Assembly: GCA_965261395.1 (NCBI GenBank)
Contig: OZ253462.1
Location: 3,712,001 to 3,776,000, forward strand
Direction: 5' to 3'
Source: Candidatus Latescibacterota bacterium
Lineage (GTDB): Bacteria; Latescibacterota; UBA2968; UBA8231
DNA: 64,000 nucleotides
The notes beneath the pieces were generated by a model, which saw only the letters and a list, made by a program, of their open reading frames with translations, searched no databases and was not told the origin of the DNA. Both the position numbers and the translations under genes were made by a program. Below, one piece after another: positions 20,201-29,020 of the stretch; positions within the stretch are counted from its first letter, which is position 1; the number at the start of each line of letters is the position of its first letter.

Positions 20201-20558
20201 TGAGGGCGTCGCGCAAGGCGGGGCCGTCTTGGGGAAAGAGCGCGGCGAAGCGGGCGTCGATGCCTTGGATTTGCACGCCAGCGGCGAGCGCTTGGGTCTC
20301 AGCGTGGCGGGCGCTGCCGTTGAGGAGGATGGCGGGCGCGTGGCCCCCAGGCAGCTCGGCGGCCAAGTCGCTGTGAAAGAAATGCGCGGCGAGCAGCGCG
20401 TAATCGATATGCCCCAGGCGCTCTAAGGCCAAGTCGCGCAGGCTGCCGCGCATGGAGTCGCCGACTAGGAGTGCACCGGTCAGGGCGGTTGTGGCGACAG
20501 CGGTCCCCAGCAGCAGCCCTAAGTGAACCCGCCAGTAGTAGATTAGGCTTCGACGCAC
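17286..20558 (-). CDS. Large ABC transporter permease (duplicated MacB/FtsX-like)
   Basis: GTG at 20558 (RRSLIYYWR..GALLVGDSMRGSL); two FtsX-type TM blocks (EQRAREAGLLLATGY, ERSGELAALSACGF). Confidence 0.85.
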   Translation of the reverse strand: MRRSLIYYWRVHLGLLLGTAVATTALTGALLVGDSMRGSLRDLALERLGHIDYALLAAHFFHSDLAAELPGGHAPAILLNGSARHAETQALAAGVQIQGIDARFAALFPQDGPALRDALKPKPGQPFPSLVVSASLQRALSLELGDAVLLSLERPSPTYRGSLFGRRATSDIVTTLRVVLTGILPDSGAGRFGLRPQQHLPLNAYLDLQALQRALGQQDQVNSLLSAAPDSRHQDLQHALAQHLSLADRKLDLALHANYIELTSTRLVLDDSTRAAALASGTALQLQTATFSTYLANAIMGNGRQVPYSTVTALDDPTGLYLANGQPAPPLVDNGLYLDAWTAQELAAAPGDSISLTYYVVGPREELRTEQTHFRLQGIVQMRGLAIDPTLTPAYPGLQEEGDMAAWDAPFPIDMGQIRPQDEAYWDQYGAAPKAFVAADTGQHLWRSRHGALTAIRFHPPSPAHYQSLRQDLLARLSPTAAGFSLRPVRQEALLASTGATDFSGLFIGFSLFLIAAAALLVVLLCKFGLEQRAREAGLLLATGYPLAAVARRFLGEGIALAALGGLLGLAGAPLYAYLMLVGLHTRWLEAIGTPFLHLHVSWLSLGLGYLSTLLLVSLALWRTVQRFHRLPVRALLAGTLDTALSRPRRRSAVLAALGLALALSLSVLASTADAATAAALFLGSGTAALLALLALLAVWLRAPTSGRLNSSLSLGLFNSTRKPSRSTLCTSLVTCATFVIVAAGAHRRVEWADDPGTGGFALIAEAEIPLHQDLNSADGRFELGLSTGLDAARFFLFRVLPGDDVSCLNLYLPQTPRVLGAPTEFVQRGGLPFRQTLALTPDERANPWRLLQRDLGPGVIPAIGDFNSAQWILHKRLGDDIPLAEGLTLRLVGLLDGSLFQGELLIAEGRFAAHFPAREGYGYFLVETEQPAAVAAALEKGLAAYGLDATLSTERLRGYRAVENTYLATFQTLGLLGLLLGTLGLGILILRNVLERSGELAALSACGFRRARLGAMLLYEHGFLLLAGEGIGSVAALIAVAPRLFDPAPLPWAALGLSLGLVFAAGLLACAVAAHLALRRPLLAALKAE

Positions 20559-21220
20559 GTCCCCTCGCGCAGATGCAGGCAGCGGTCGCAGCGCGCAGCT
20601 AATTCGAGGTCGTGGGTTGCGATGACGAGAGCGGCTTGCTCGGCGTGGTGCAGCGCAAAGATCAGGTCGGCGACGGTGGCGGCCGTCTGGCGGTCGAGGC
20701 TGCCGGTAGGCTCGTCGCAGAGCAAGAGACCGGGCTGATTGATCAAGGCGCGCGCCACGGCCACGCGCTGGCATTCGCCGCCGGACAGCTCAGCGGGGCG
20801 GTGGTGCAGGCGCTCTGCTAGACCGACCGCGGTCAAAAGGTCGCGGGCGCGCTCGCGCCGGTCAGCTTGGGGAAAGGCGAGAGTAGGGATTAAGGCGTTT
20901 TCGAGGGCCGAGTACTGGGGCAGCAGGTGGTGGTTTTGGAAGACGAAGCCGATCTGCTGGTTGCGGAAGCGGGCGAGTTGCGGTTCGGGAAGAGCTAGCG
21001 GGTCTTGGCCGCCGATGGCGATCTGGCCCGAGGTCGGCGGTTCGAGGGTGCCGAGCAGGTGCAGCAAGGTGCTCTTGCCCGAGCCGGACGGACCAATAAG
21101 CGCTAGGGACTGACCTTCCTCGGCACGTAGCGAAACGCCGCGCAGCACTTCGACGGTCTGGTCGCCGAGGGCGAAGTGCTTGCAGACGTCGGCGGCGGCG
21201 AGGGCCGGGGCTGCGTTCAT
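20543..21220 (-). CDS. ABC transporter ATP-binding protein (LolD-like)
   Basis: GPSGSGKST, LSGGECQR, LLCDEPTGSLD and ATHD. Confidence 0.93.
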   Translation of the reverse strand: MNAAPALAAADVCKHFALGDQTVEVLRGVSLRAEEGQSLALIGPSGSGKSTLLHLLGTLEPPTSGQIAIGGQDPLALPEPQLARFRNQQIGFVFQNHHLLPQYSALENALIPTLAFPQADRRERARDLLTAVGLAERLHHRPAELSGGECQRVAVARALINQPGLLLCDEPTGSLDRQTAATVADLIFALHHAEQAALVIATHDLELAARCDRCLHLREGTCVEA

Positions 21221-21633
21221 GGGTGCGCCGCCAGTTTGCGGGTGATAAAGTCCGGGATCGGGATGGCGCGGATGGTCTCGCCCGGATTGCAGACGCAGCA
21301 GGCGACCTTAAGTCGGCCTTGAGCTATCTGCTCATCGCCGCAGTGGAAGTCAAAGCGAAAGCTGAGGGACTTCTCGCCCTGCTTGTCGAGGTGTAGCTGG
21401 ATGTCGAGGACGTCTTCAAAAGCGACGGGGCGGAAGTACTCGCATTCGGCGACGAGGCGGGGCCAGCTAATGATGTCGCCGTCGCGTTGGCTGTGGACGC
21501 TCAGGCCCAAGCTGCGCCAGAAGGCGTGCTCGGCGGCTTCCATGAAGACGAAGAAGCGCGCAAAGTGGACGATGCCGGCTTGGTCGGTATCGGCCCACTC
21601 GACGCGGCGGCGGGTGCGGAATTCGACGGGCAC
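21217..21633 (-). CDS. Acyl-CoA thioesterase (4HBT/YbgC hotdog family)
   Basis: GTG 21633; VEWADTDQAGIVHFARFF. Confidence 0.88.
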   Translation of the reverse strand: MPVEFRTRRRVEWADTDQAGIVHFARFFVFMEAAEHAFWRSLGLSVHSQRDGDIISWPRLVAECEYFRPVAFEDVLDIQLHLDKQGEKSLSFRFDFHCGDEQIAQGRLKVACCVCNPGETIRAIPIPDFITRKLAAHP

Positions 21634-21634
21634 G

Positions 21635-22105
21635 TCAGTTGCCGGGGCGGAAGAAGGTGACCAAGCAGCCCCCCAAGGCGGCCAAGACGATACCGAGGAC
21701 GAAGGGCCAGCGCACGGCCGCCCAGCCGCCAGCGGGCGGATGCAGGAGCACGGCGACGACCGCGTTGACGATGGGGGCACCGGCAAAGACGATGGACATG
21801 ACCACTGCCGGGGTCCCCTTGGCACCGAAGGCGAGCAGGACGCCCAACGCGCCGATGGCTCCGGCGATGCCGGCGGCGGTGGACCAGAAGACGCCCTTGG
21901 CCGGGTAGAGCCAGCTCGCGCCATTGTAGGCTAGGACGATCAGCGAGCCGAAGACCGCGGTGAGTAGATAGGCCAAGCCGACGAAGAGGAAGGCTTTGTA
22001 GCGGCCGTTTATCGGGTCGGCCATGGCGATTTGGCCAGTGTGCAACAAGACGCCGTAGAGGCCCCAACAAGAGACGGTGAGAAGGGAGAAGACGAGCCAA
22101 GTCAT
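21635..22105 (-). CDS. Small EamA/DMT-like membrane protein
   Basis: About 5 TM helices; WGLYG and VMSIVFAGAPIVNA. Confidence 0.75.
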   Translation of the reverse strand: MTWLVFSLLTVSCWGLYGVLLHTGQIAMADPINGRYKAFLFVGLAYLLTAVFGSLIVLAYNGASWLYPAKGVFWSTAAGIAGAIGALGVLLAFGAKGTPAVVMSIVFAGAPIVNAVVAVLLHPPAGGWAAVRWPFVLGIVLAALGGCLVTFFRPGN

Positions 22106-22224
22106 GGGGATAATCCTTTATAGGTAAGTGCGTCCCTTGGAAAGCTACTTTGCGGATATAGACGAACTGCTCAAAAAACCGGTGTAATCATCGCCGACAC
22201 TCTCGGCACAACGCCAGTGATGCT

Positions 22225-22554
22225 TTAGCTTTGGGAGTACGTCAAATTTGCAGGTCTTATTTTTGCAAGTTCGTCTTTCATACACTGCTCTACACGCCAC
22301 AAATCACAAGCTTGTTGCAGGCGCAACCAGAGCCCAGGACCGTTGCCGACGAGTTTTCCTATTCTAAGTGCCATTTCTGTTGTAATCGGATGCGTACAAG
22401 CCAGAACGCGATGCAATTGTTGACGCGAAACACCGAGTCGTCGAGCCGCTTCACTAACCGATAACTCAAGCGACGGCAGTACATCTTCACGCAGAATCTC
22501 ACCCGGATGAACAGGCGCACGCTTCAACGGACGGTTGACGGAATATTCGGCCAT
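22225..22554 (-). CDS. higA: HigA antitoxin
   Basis: PVHPGEILRED; ITTEMALRIGK..GNGPGLWLRLQ. Confidence 0.9.
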   Translation of the reverse strand: MAEYSVNRPLKRAPVHPGEILREDVLPSLELSVSEAARRLGVSRQQLHRVLACTHPITTEMALRIGKLVGNGPGLWLRLQQACDLWRVEQCMKDELAKIRPANLTYSQS

Positions 22555-22560
22555 TGTACC

Positions 22561-22830
22561 TCAATGATATTGCTCGAGATTGACCCTGAGTGCATCCCCA
22601 TCTTGCCATTCGAACGTGATACACCACGGGCCGTTGACGTGAATACTATAACGTACCCCTTGCAGACCGTGAAAGTTGAACCCCGGTACATTCAAGTCTG
22701 TCAATGATTCCGCATGATCGAGAACTTCCAAACGACGTAAGCAACGCCTTTGCAAATCCCAACGCACTCGGCGGCTGTGACCCCGTTCAAAAAGTTCGAC
22801 AAGCCCTTTATGCTTGAAGCTTGTGATCAT
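22561..22830 (-). CDS. higB: HigB toxin
   Basis: MITSFKHKGL..YSIHVNGPWCITFEW..LEQYH. Confidence 0.92.
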   Translation of the reverse strand: MITSFKHKGLVELFERGHSRRVRWDLQRRCLRRLEVLDHAESLTDLNVPGFNFHGLQGVRYSIHVNGPWCITFEWQDGDALRVNLEQYH

Positions 22831-22840
22831 TTGTAAAAAC

Positions 22841-22865
22841 GTAACACATTTTGTTACACTGTCAA
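22841..22865 (-). promoter_or_regulatory. higBA promoter/operator
   Basis: TTGACA on the minus strand (22860-22865); inverted repeat GTAACA-N5-TGTTAC (22841-22857) just upstream of the start codon. Confidence 0.6.
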
Positions 22866-22908
22866 CAATTATTAACTGACCTCACGCAGCACCTCTATAT
22901 AGGGCCCA

Positions 22909-22943
22909 CGCGTGGAGAGAGGCTTCCTGCTTCTCTCCACGCG
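22909..22943. terminator. Stem-loop downstream of purA-like gene
   Basis: CGCGTGGAGAGA-N11-TCTCTCCACGCG (12-bp stem); no clear U-tract. Confidence 0.5.
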
Positions 22944-22968
22944 CAGCAGGCTAGTCGCTGTCGAGAGA

Positions 22969-23988
22969 TCAATTGATCGCGATGAGGTTCTCAAAATGTA
23001 CGCCACAATCGCAGAGCGATACAGGAATGTTGAACCGCTCCTCTAACTCGTCAATGAGGTGTCGGACGGGCACGGTCAATGCGCTGGGGTGGCGTGCGCC
23101 GGCGACCTCGGCGTCGAGGTGGTCACAGAAGGTCAGGGCCAATTGGGTGGGACCGTTGAGGAGGACGGCTGTTTCCAAATGTGGCCAGGAGATACCCGCG
23201 GCTTTGCGCCGCCGTCGCCCGGTCGCCACGCCATATTCGGCGATGCCCCGGCGTTCCTCCTCCGCTGGCGTCAATTGCAGTGGTAGGGGGCCAGTGCCGA
23301 CGCGGCTAGGCAGTGCTTTGACCACCAAGCAGACTTCTGCGATATGACGCCAGTTGAGCCCGACGTCATCGGCAAAGGCGGCGGTGGTACAGTTGTCCGA
23401 AGTGCAGTCGGGATAGTCCTCGCTAAGGGCTAACGACAGGTGGGTGCCTTGGCTGCCCTCGACGACGATGGTTTCACCGCGTAGGCAACTCTCGTTGAGC
23501 TCGCGGGCGACGTCGGCGGTGTAGTCCGCGAGGATCTGCTCGTCGCGGGCTTGGCGCGCTTTGCGCAGGGCGAATTCGGCGCGGGCGCCGCCGCTGCCGC
23601 TGGCGGTGGTGCCGTGTTGCTGCAGAAAGACGTCGGCCGCTTCGCGTTGGCGGTACTCGGGCAGGATTAGCGGGCAGCGGTAATCGACGCGGGTCCGCTC
23701 GCGCAGCCCATAGCTCGGGTCTAGCTGGTCGAGTTCGGCGAAGAACAGCTCGGGATCGACGGCGACGCCGCTGCCGATGCGCAGTTGCGTGTCGGGGTGG
23801 AGAAAGCCGCAGGGTAGCTGCCGAGTGCGGATTTCGCTGCCGTCGGCAAAGAGAATACTGTGCCCAGCGTTGGTGCCGATCCCGGCTCGGACACTGTAGG
23901 CGGCTTGGTGTTTTTGCGCCAGGAAGGCGGCGACCTTGCCTTTACCCGAATCGCCCCAGAAGGCGTCAACGACGATGATGGCGCTCAT
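22969..23988 (-). CDS. purA: Short (archaeal-type) adenylosuccinate synthetase homologue, divergent
   Basis: FWGDSGKGK, NAGHS, EGSQG, SRVGTGP and EYGVATGRRRR; 339 aa; GGAGG RBS. Confidence 0.82.
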   Translation of the reverse strand: MSAIIVVDAFWGDSGKGKVAAFLAQKHQAAYSVRAGIGTNAGHSILFADGSEIRTRQLPCGFLHPDTQLRIGSGVAVDPELFFAELDQLDPSYGLRERTRVDYRCPLILPEYRQREAADVFLQQHGTTASGSGGARAEFALRKARQARDEQILADYTADVARELNESCLRGETIVVEGSQGTHLSLALSEDYPDCTSDNCTTAAFADDVGLNWRHIAEVCLVVKALPSRVGTGPLPLQLTPAEEERRGIAEYGVATGRRRRKAAGISWPHLETAVLLNGPTQLALTFCDHLDAEVAGARHPSALTVPVRHLIDELEERFNIPVSLCDCGVHFENLIAIN

Positions 23989-24062
23989 AGCTCACCTCCA
24001 TTTTAAGAGACTGTTTTAAAATTCCCTGTAGCAATTTTTCTCGCGCCATTTCAGCCATCAAT

Positions 24063-24665
24063 TTACGGCTTCTTAGCGACGACTTTATTGACTGGGTGCG
24101 TATGCTGAATGCCCCCAGGATGCTCATCATCGAATACATAACTCTGCTCCAACTCGATCTCCCAGTCTGCATAAATCGAGAAAATCTCTCTTTCATGGAA
24201 CAAGCCTATACATAGGTCCTTCAGGTCATCTGGCGGCGGAAGCCGATCCGTGAACACAACAACCACGTTGATACCCCGCGGATTGGTGTTCTCCTTGAAT
24301 AGGGGAATCAGTTGTTTCCATGATTCTCGTTCAATTAGGTGAAGGCATCCGTGCGATATGATGAGGTCGAACGAATTCGGAAATTCGAAGTGCCGCATAT
24401 CGGCAACTTCAGTGTGAATATCTAGGTTCCTCTCTTGTGCAGAAACCTGCAACTTGCGAATCCCAGCCTCCGAGATGTCCACGGCAGTCACATCAAAACC
24501 GCACTCTGCCAAGAAGAGAGCGTTTCGGCCTTCGCCTGATCCCAAGTCAAGAACTCTCGAACCAGTTGGTAGTCGCGATGCGATGTCCCGAATCTCTTGG
24601 CTCGGCCCACCGAATGTGGAAGCATTCATATCTGAATAGGTGTCTTCCCAAAATGTCTTTCTCAT
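24063..24665 (-). CDS. Class I SAM-dependent methyltransferase (TehB-like)
   Basis: VLDLGSGEGRNALFLA..VTAVDIS. Confidence 0.88.
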   Translation of the reverse strand: MRKTFWEDTYSDMNASTFGGPSQEIRDIASRLPTGSRVLDLGSGEGRNALFLAECGFDVTAVDISEAGIRKLQVSAQERNLDIHTEVADMRHFEFPNSFDLIISHGCLHLIERESWKQLIPLFKENTNPRGINVVVVFTDRLPPPDDLKDLCIGLFHEREIFSIYADWEIELEQSYVFDDEHPGGIQHTHPVNKVVAKKP

Positions 24666-24681
24666 TGGCGATTAGACTCCT

Positions 24682-24955
24682 TCATTTTGGTGTTCCGTTC
24701 CAATGGGCGCTTATATAGCGAGCCACGCCGTCCTCTTCATTAGTCTCAATAATCCCGGTGGCCCGTTCCTTGAGGGCGGGGATGGCGTTGGCCACGGCTA
24801 GGGCTTCGTCAGCCACCTCGAACATGTCCAAGTCGTTTAGTTGGTCGCCAAAGACGACTAGACGGTGGTCTTCCAGTCTGAGATAGCGAAGTATCGTTGC
24901 GCAGCAGAGTGCCGTCCAAATCGGAGACGTATAGGGGAGAGTCGGTGGTTCTCAA
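24682..24955 (-). pseudogene. Cof-type HAD hydrolase remnant with large internal deletion
   Basis: N-terminal YVSDLDGTLL is joined out of frame to C-terminal LVVFGDQLNDLDMFEVADEALAVANA..NEEDGVARYI. Confidence 0.8.
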
Positions 24956-25010
24956 GGGGTTTCTCAAGAGTGAATTGGTTGACACCCCTAACGATAAGCG
25001 AAATTGTAGC

Positions 25011-25025
25011 ATAATAAAAATTTAT
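25011..25025. promoter_or_regulatory. Putative LysR binding box
   Basis: ATAA-N7-TTAT (T-N11-A) in the AT-rich divergent region upstream of lysR. Confidence 0.5.
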
Positions 25026-25068
25026 ATATATTATTCTAAGAATAAGTAATACAAATAAAGGACTTCGA

Positions 25069-25962
25069 ATGGACCTCTACCAATTGCGCAGTTTCTACGA
25101 AGTCGTCCGCGAGCAGAGCTTTACGCGGGCGGCCGACAAACTCTTTCTGACCCAGCCGGCCATCAGCCTACAGATCAAGGCATTGGAGAGCGAACTGGAC
25201 GAGATTCTGCTCGAGCGCAATCGGCGGCAGCTCCGTCTGACGTCGGCTGGTGAGATCCTCTTTGTTCATGCGAAGGTGATGCTCGCCCGGCTACAGCAGG
25301 CGCGCGACGATATTGCGGCGCTCAAGCAGGTCTTGAGTGGGCGGCTGGCAATCGGGACTAGCGATACCAACTGCACCTATGTTTTGCCCCGCTTGCTCGC
25401 CGAGTTCCACACCCGCTATCCGGCGGTCGAGTTGGACATCCGCAATCGAATGTCGCCGGAGGTGGGCAACCTAGTGCTCAACGACGAAGTGGAGTTCGGG
25501 TTGGCGACCTTGCCGGTCAAGCACCGCGACTTGGTCAGCGAGTCGCTTTTCGAGCGGCGGGATGTGCTTATTTGCCCCCCGGACCACGCGCTGGGCAAAA
25601 GGCGCAGGATAGGGCTTAAACAGCTTGCCGAATATCCGTTTCTGGTCTTGGAACGCGGGAGCACCAGCCGGCAGTTGCTCGAGGAGGTTTTCCAGCGGCA
25701 GGGCTTGGCGTTGCAGGTCGAAATGAGTCTCGGCGGGATCGAGATTATCAAGCGCTACGTGGAAATCGGGTTGGGTATTGCGCTGGTGCCGGAGGTGGCG
25801 GTGGAAGCAGAAGTCTCCGCAGGGAAAGTACGCGCTATACAGGTCAATGGATTGGCCAAACGCCAAATAGGCCTAATAGAGCACCGGCAGCGACGGCGTT
25901 CGCAGGCGACGGAGGCTTTCTTGGCGCTCTTGCGCGAATTTGTCACCGCAGGGAAGATTTAA
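25069..25962 (+). CDS. LysR-family transcriptional regulator
   Basis: SFTRAADKLFLTQPAISLQIKALE HTH; substrate-binding domain with ERGSTSR. Confidence 0.95.
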   Translation: MDLYQLRSFYEVVREQSFTRAADKLFLTQPAISLQIKALESELDEILLERNRRQLRLTSAGEILFVHAKVMLARLQQARDDIAALKQVLSGRLAIGTSDTNCTYVLPRLLAEFHTRYPAVELDIRNRMSPEVGNLVLNDEVEFGLATLPVKHRDLVSESLFERRDVLICPPDHALGKRRRIGLKQLAEYPFLVLERGSTSRQLLEEVFQRQGLALQVEMSLGGIEIIKRYVEIGLGIALVPEVAVEAEVSAGKVRAIQVNGLAKRQIGLIEHRQRRRSQATEAFLALLREFVTAGKI

Positions 25963-26048
25963 ATCCGCAGATGGACGCAGATGGACGCAGAATAGACGAT
26001 CCGTATCTTGCATCGTTCAAGTCCTATATCTGCGTCATCTGCGGATTG
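25962..26048. repeat. CGCAGAT-type inverted repeat between convergent genes (possible bidirectional terminator)
   Basis: AATCCGCAGATGGACGCAGATGGACGCAGA ... ATCTGCGTCATCTGCGGATT. Confidence 0.7.
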
Positions 26049-26055
26049 TTTCATA

Positions 26056-27342
26056 CTACAGATACTGCTCGTACACGGCGAGCGTCCCCGCGGCCATAGC
26101 GTCGGCGTGGAAGCGACGGTGGACCGCCGCTTTGCCAATTTGTCCGAGCTGGCGTCTGCGCTTTTCGTCGCGCAGCAGTGCGGCAAGTTCGTTGGCTAGG
26201 GGCTCTGGGGAATCGGGTTTGACGAGGAGACCGCCGCCGGTAGCCGCGATCAGCTCGGGGAATGCACCGTGGTCGGGTTGTACGACCGGGATGCCGTTGG
26301 CTAGGGCTTCGAGGACCGGTAGGCCCTTGGGGTCGGCGTAAACCGAAGGCACGGAAAAGACGTGGAGCGAAGAGAGCAGGCGGATTTTTTCGCGGCGATC
26401 GACTGCGCCGTGATAGGTGAACGAGTCGGCCAGCCCCCAGCGGCGGATTTTTTGTACCTGTTCGGCGAAGTAGGGCTTGTCGTATGCACTGAGGTAGCCG
26501 GCGGCTTCGAGGCGCAGGGAGGCAAACTCGGGCTGCTCTTTTAACTGCTGGAAGGCATCGACGAGCAGGTGAAAGCCCTTTTCGGGGCAGATGCGGGCGA
26601 GGTAGCCGATTTTGTAGGGGCCGTCGGCGGGCGGCGGTGGCTCTTGCCCGTGTCCGGTCAGGTTGAGGCCGAGCGGCACCACGTGGATTTTTGTCTGCGG
26701 CACCTGTAGGTACTCACTCATGTACTCTTGGTAATACGCACACGGGGCAATGAAGGCGTCGATGTCTTGGGCGCGTTGGCGCAGGGTGTTCAGGGCTTGG
26801 GTCTTCCAAGGTTCGACTAGGCCATCTAAGAACAGGTCCTCGCCTTGGAGGGCGCAGAGGACGGGGACGCCTAATTGTGCTTTCAATTGCCGGGCCATGC
26901 CGACGAACATGGCGTTGGTTAGCTGAATGAGGTCGGGTTTGAAGTCGCGCTGGAGCCAAGCGACGAGACGGGTGAGTTCCTTTTGTTGGTTCCCATCCTC
27001 GCCGGCGAGGATCGAGACGGTGAGCGGCCCCAGATCGCGGGCATTGGTAGAGGAGCCAAAGTGCGCGAGGGTGCGGATCAGGAATGGGGAGTCGAGGACG
27101 CGGTCGAAAATGCGGTGCGTGCGGCGAAAAAACGACCACTGCTGTTGCAGGAAGATGTTGACGCCGCCGTAGAAAACGCGGTCGAGCGAGACGTTTTCCT
27201 CGTCCGTGCGCAGCGGCGTATAGGTTGGGATGAGGGCGACATCGGCGTCGCGGCGCGCTAAGGCGGCAGCGAGCGCGTTGTCGTGGATGCAACTGCCGCA
27301 GTACATGCCGGCGGCACCGGCCGTGATATAGGCGAGGCGCAT
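26056..27342 (-). CDS. GT4-family glycosyltransferase
   Basis: GYLARICPEKG; PKGLPVLEALANGIPVV; N-terminal MYCGSC motif. Confidence 0.88.
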   Translation of the reverse strand: MRLAYITAGAAGMYCGSCIHDNALAAALARRDADVALIPTYTPLRTDEENVSLDRVFYGGVNIFLQQQWSFFRRTHRIFDRVLDSPFLIRTLAHFGSSTNARDLGPLTVSILAGEDGNQQKELTRLVAWLQRDFKPDLIQLTNAMFVGMARQLKAQLGVPVLCALQGEDLFLDGLVEPWKTQALNTLRQRAQDIDAFIAPCAYYQEYMSEYLQVPQTKIHVVPLGLNLTGHGQEPPPPADGPYKIGYLARICPEKGFHLLVDAFQQLKEQPEFASLRLEAAGYLSAYDKPYFAEQVQKIRRWGLADSFTYHGAVDRREKIRLLSSLHVFSVPSVYADPKGLPVLEALANGIPVVQPDHGAFPELIAATGGGLLVKPDSPEPLANELAALLRDEKRRRQLGQIGKAAVHRRFHADAMAAGTLAVYEQYL

Positions 27343-27344
27343 CG

Positions 27345-28799
27345 TTAGAAGAATTTATCGATGGTGTCTTTGGCTGGTGGCTTGGTCAGCAGCGAGCCGA
27401 CGATCATGGCCACGGCAGAAGCAGCTAGGATCACCACCACGGGCATTACCCCGGTCATGCCGACGGTATAGCCGGGGACTTTCCACCCCTGAAAGAAGAA
27501 ATAGCACCACAGCGCGGCCACGGTGAGCACAGAGGCAAAGGCACCGTACTGGGTGCTGCGCTTCCAGAACAGGGCGGCGACGACCACCGGGAAGAGCGCT
27601 GCAAAGCCGGTGAAGGACCAGATGGCGAGAGAGAAGATGCTGCGGGCCGAGACCAGCGAGAGCAGGTAGGTAACGGCGAAGATGGCGATTACGAAGAGGC
27701 GGCCCCACAGGACTTGGGCCTTTTCGCTCAACTCGTCGCCCTTGCGGTAGTGCCGGACGATGTCCTGGGTGAACATGTTGCTGATGGAGAGCACCTGCGA
27801 GTCGAGCGAGGACATAATGGCGGCAAAGACCCCGGCGGCGAGCAGGCCGGCTAGGGCACCGGGGGCGTGTAGGTCGATCATCTTGACTAGCACTGAGTTT
27901 GCTGCCGCGCCCTTGAGGCCGGGGAAGTCAATGCTGCCGAAGATGCCCAAGAGCACGCTGGGAATCCAGACGATGGCGATGCACAGCGGGTAGAACATCA
28001 GCGGCCAGCGAAAGGTGCGGGCGCTTTTAGCGGTGAGCCAATGGGTAAAGAGGTGGGGGAACATGCCGACCGAGAGCGGGATGCAGGTGTAGGTTAAAAG
28101 TTTGATCGGGCTGATATTGTCCCCCTTGATCAGCAGCTCGGGGTGCGCCGCCGTGACTTGTGCTAACGCGCGGTCCAGCCCGCCTAGCTTATCGACGATG
28201 ACGAAGAAGGCCACACCGCCGAGAATCATAAAGACCAGCGTTTGGAAGGCGTTGGCCCAGGCGGTGCCGCGCATGCCGCCGAAGCTGACGTAGGCCAGTA
28301 CCACCAAGCAGACCAGCATGCCGCCGGCCCATTGGGGGATCTGCCCTTTGGTGATTTGGGCGAGGGTGATGCCGCCGCCCATGACGCCAATGAGCAGGTA
28401 GGGGATCAGCAGCGCGATCATGACCACGAAGAGCAGGAGACCCAAGCCGTCGGAGTCCCAGCGGCGACGGAAGTACTGGACCTGCGTGAGGAGGTTGTGG
28501 CGCTTGCCGAGTGCCCAGACGCGGGTGCCGATGAAGAAGAAGACGGTGGGGATAATCAGGGCCGAGGCCGAAGGCATCAGGGCAAAGACGCCGATACCGG
28601 TGTGGTAGGCTTCGCCGGAGGCCCCCAAAATGGCGAACGCGGTCATGTTGGTGCCAAACAGCGACATCAGCAGTAGGAAGGGGCCGATGGAGCGGCTGGC
28701 GACAAAGTAGTCCTCGCCAGTGCCGCGAAAGAAGCGATTGGAGAGGACGCCGATGCAGAGTACTAGGCCTAGGTAGCAGAAGATGATGGTCGTTGTCAT
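27345..28799 (-). CDS. Sodium:solute symporter family protein
   Basis: EDYFVASRSIG, GGMRGTAW and AAIMSSLDSQ; many TM helices. Confidence 0.93.
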   Translation of the reverse strand: MTTTIIFCYLGLVLCIGVLSNRFFRGTGEDYFVASRSIGPFLLLMSLFGTNMTAFAILGASGEAYHTGIGVFALMPSASALIIPTVFFFIGTRVWALGKRHNLLTQVQYFRRRWDSDGLGLLLFVVMIALLIPYLLIGVMGGGITLAQITKGQIPQWAGGMLVCLVVLAYVSFGGMRGTAWANAFQTLVFMILGGVAFFVIVDKLGGLDRALAQVTAAHPELLIKGDNISPIKLLTYTCIPLSVGMFPHLFTHWLTAKSARTFRWPLMFYPLCIAIVWIPSVLLGIFGSIDFPGLKGAAANSVLVKMIDLHAPGALAGLLAAGVFAAIMSSLDSQVLSISNMFTQDIVRHYRKGDELSEKAQVLWGRLFVIAIFAVTYLLSLVSARSIFSLAIWSFTGFAALFPVVVAALFWKRSTQYGAFASVLTVAALWCYFFFQGWKVPGYTVGMTGVMPVVVILAASAVAMIVGSLLTKPPAKDTIDKFF

Positions 28800-29020
28800 G
28801 CGGCTTGCTCCTCGTCCTCGGCGTCCAGCTCGGACGGCCAAGCGTAGTTGACCAGCAAGACCATTAGCCCGGTGGCGGCCACGCAGAAGCCGATGTGGTA
28901 GAGCAAGCCGATGGGCAGCCCCCAGACGATGCGCGGATCGTCCCAGAGCCAGAGGTCGTTGTGCAGGAGGTAGAGGACCAGAAGCCCCAAGTAGAGGAGT
29001 CGGCGGACGGTGGCGTTCAT
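28796..29020 (-). CDS. Small 2-TM symporter accessory protein (DUF3311-like)
   Basis: HNDLWLW..GLPIGLLY; coupled to the SSS gene. Confidence 0.8.
   Translation of the reverse strand: MNATVRRLLYLGLLVLYLLHNDLWLWDDPRIVWGLPIGLLYHIGFCVAATGLMVLLVNYAWPSELDAEDEEQAA

Noticed and set aside
22969-23988. PurZ (Z-base synthesis)
   Set aside because: The catalytic Asp (GD) is retained, whereas PurZ has Ser there; no phage, dATPase or MazZ context.
24004-24030. IS-like end TAA|GAGACTGTTTTAAAA upstream of purA
   Set aside because: No partner IR or transposase found; too short to call.
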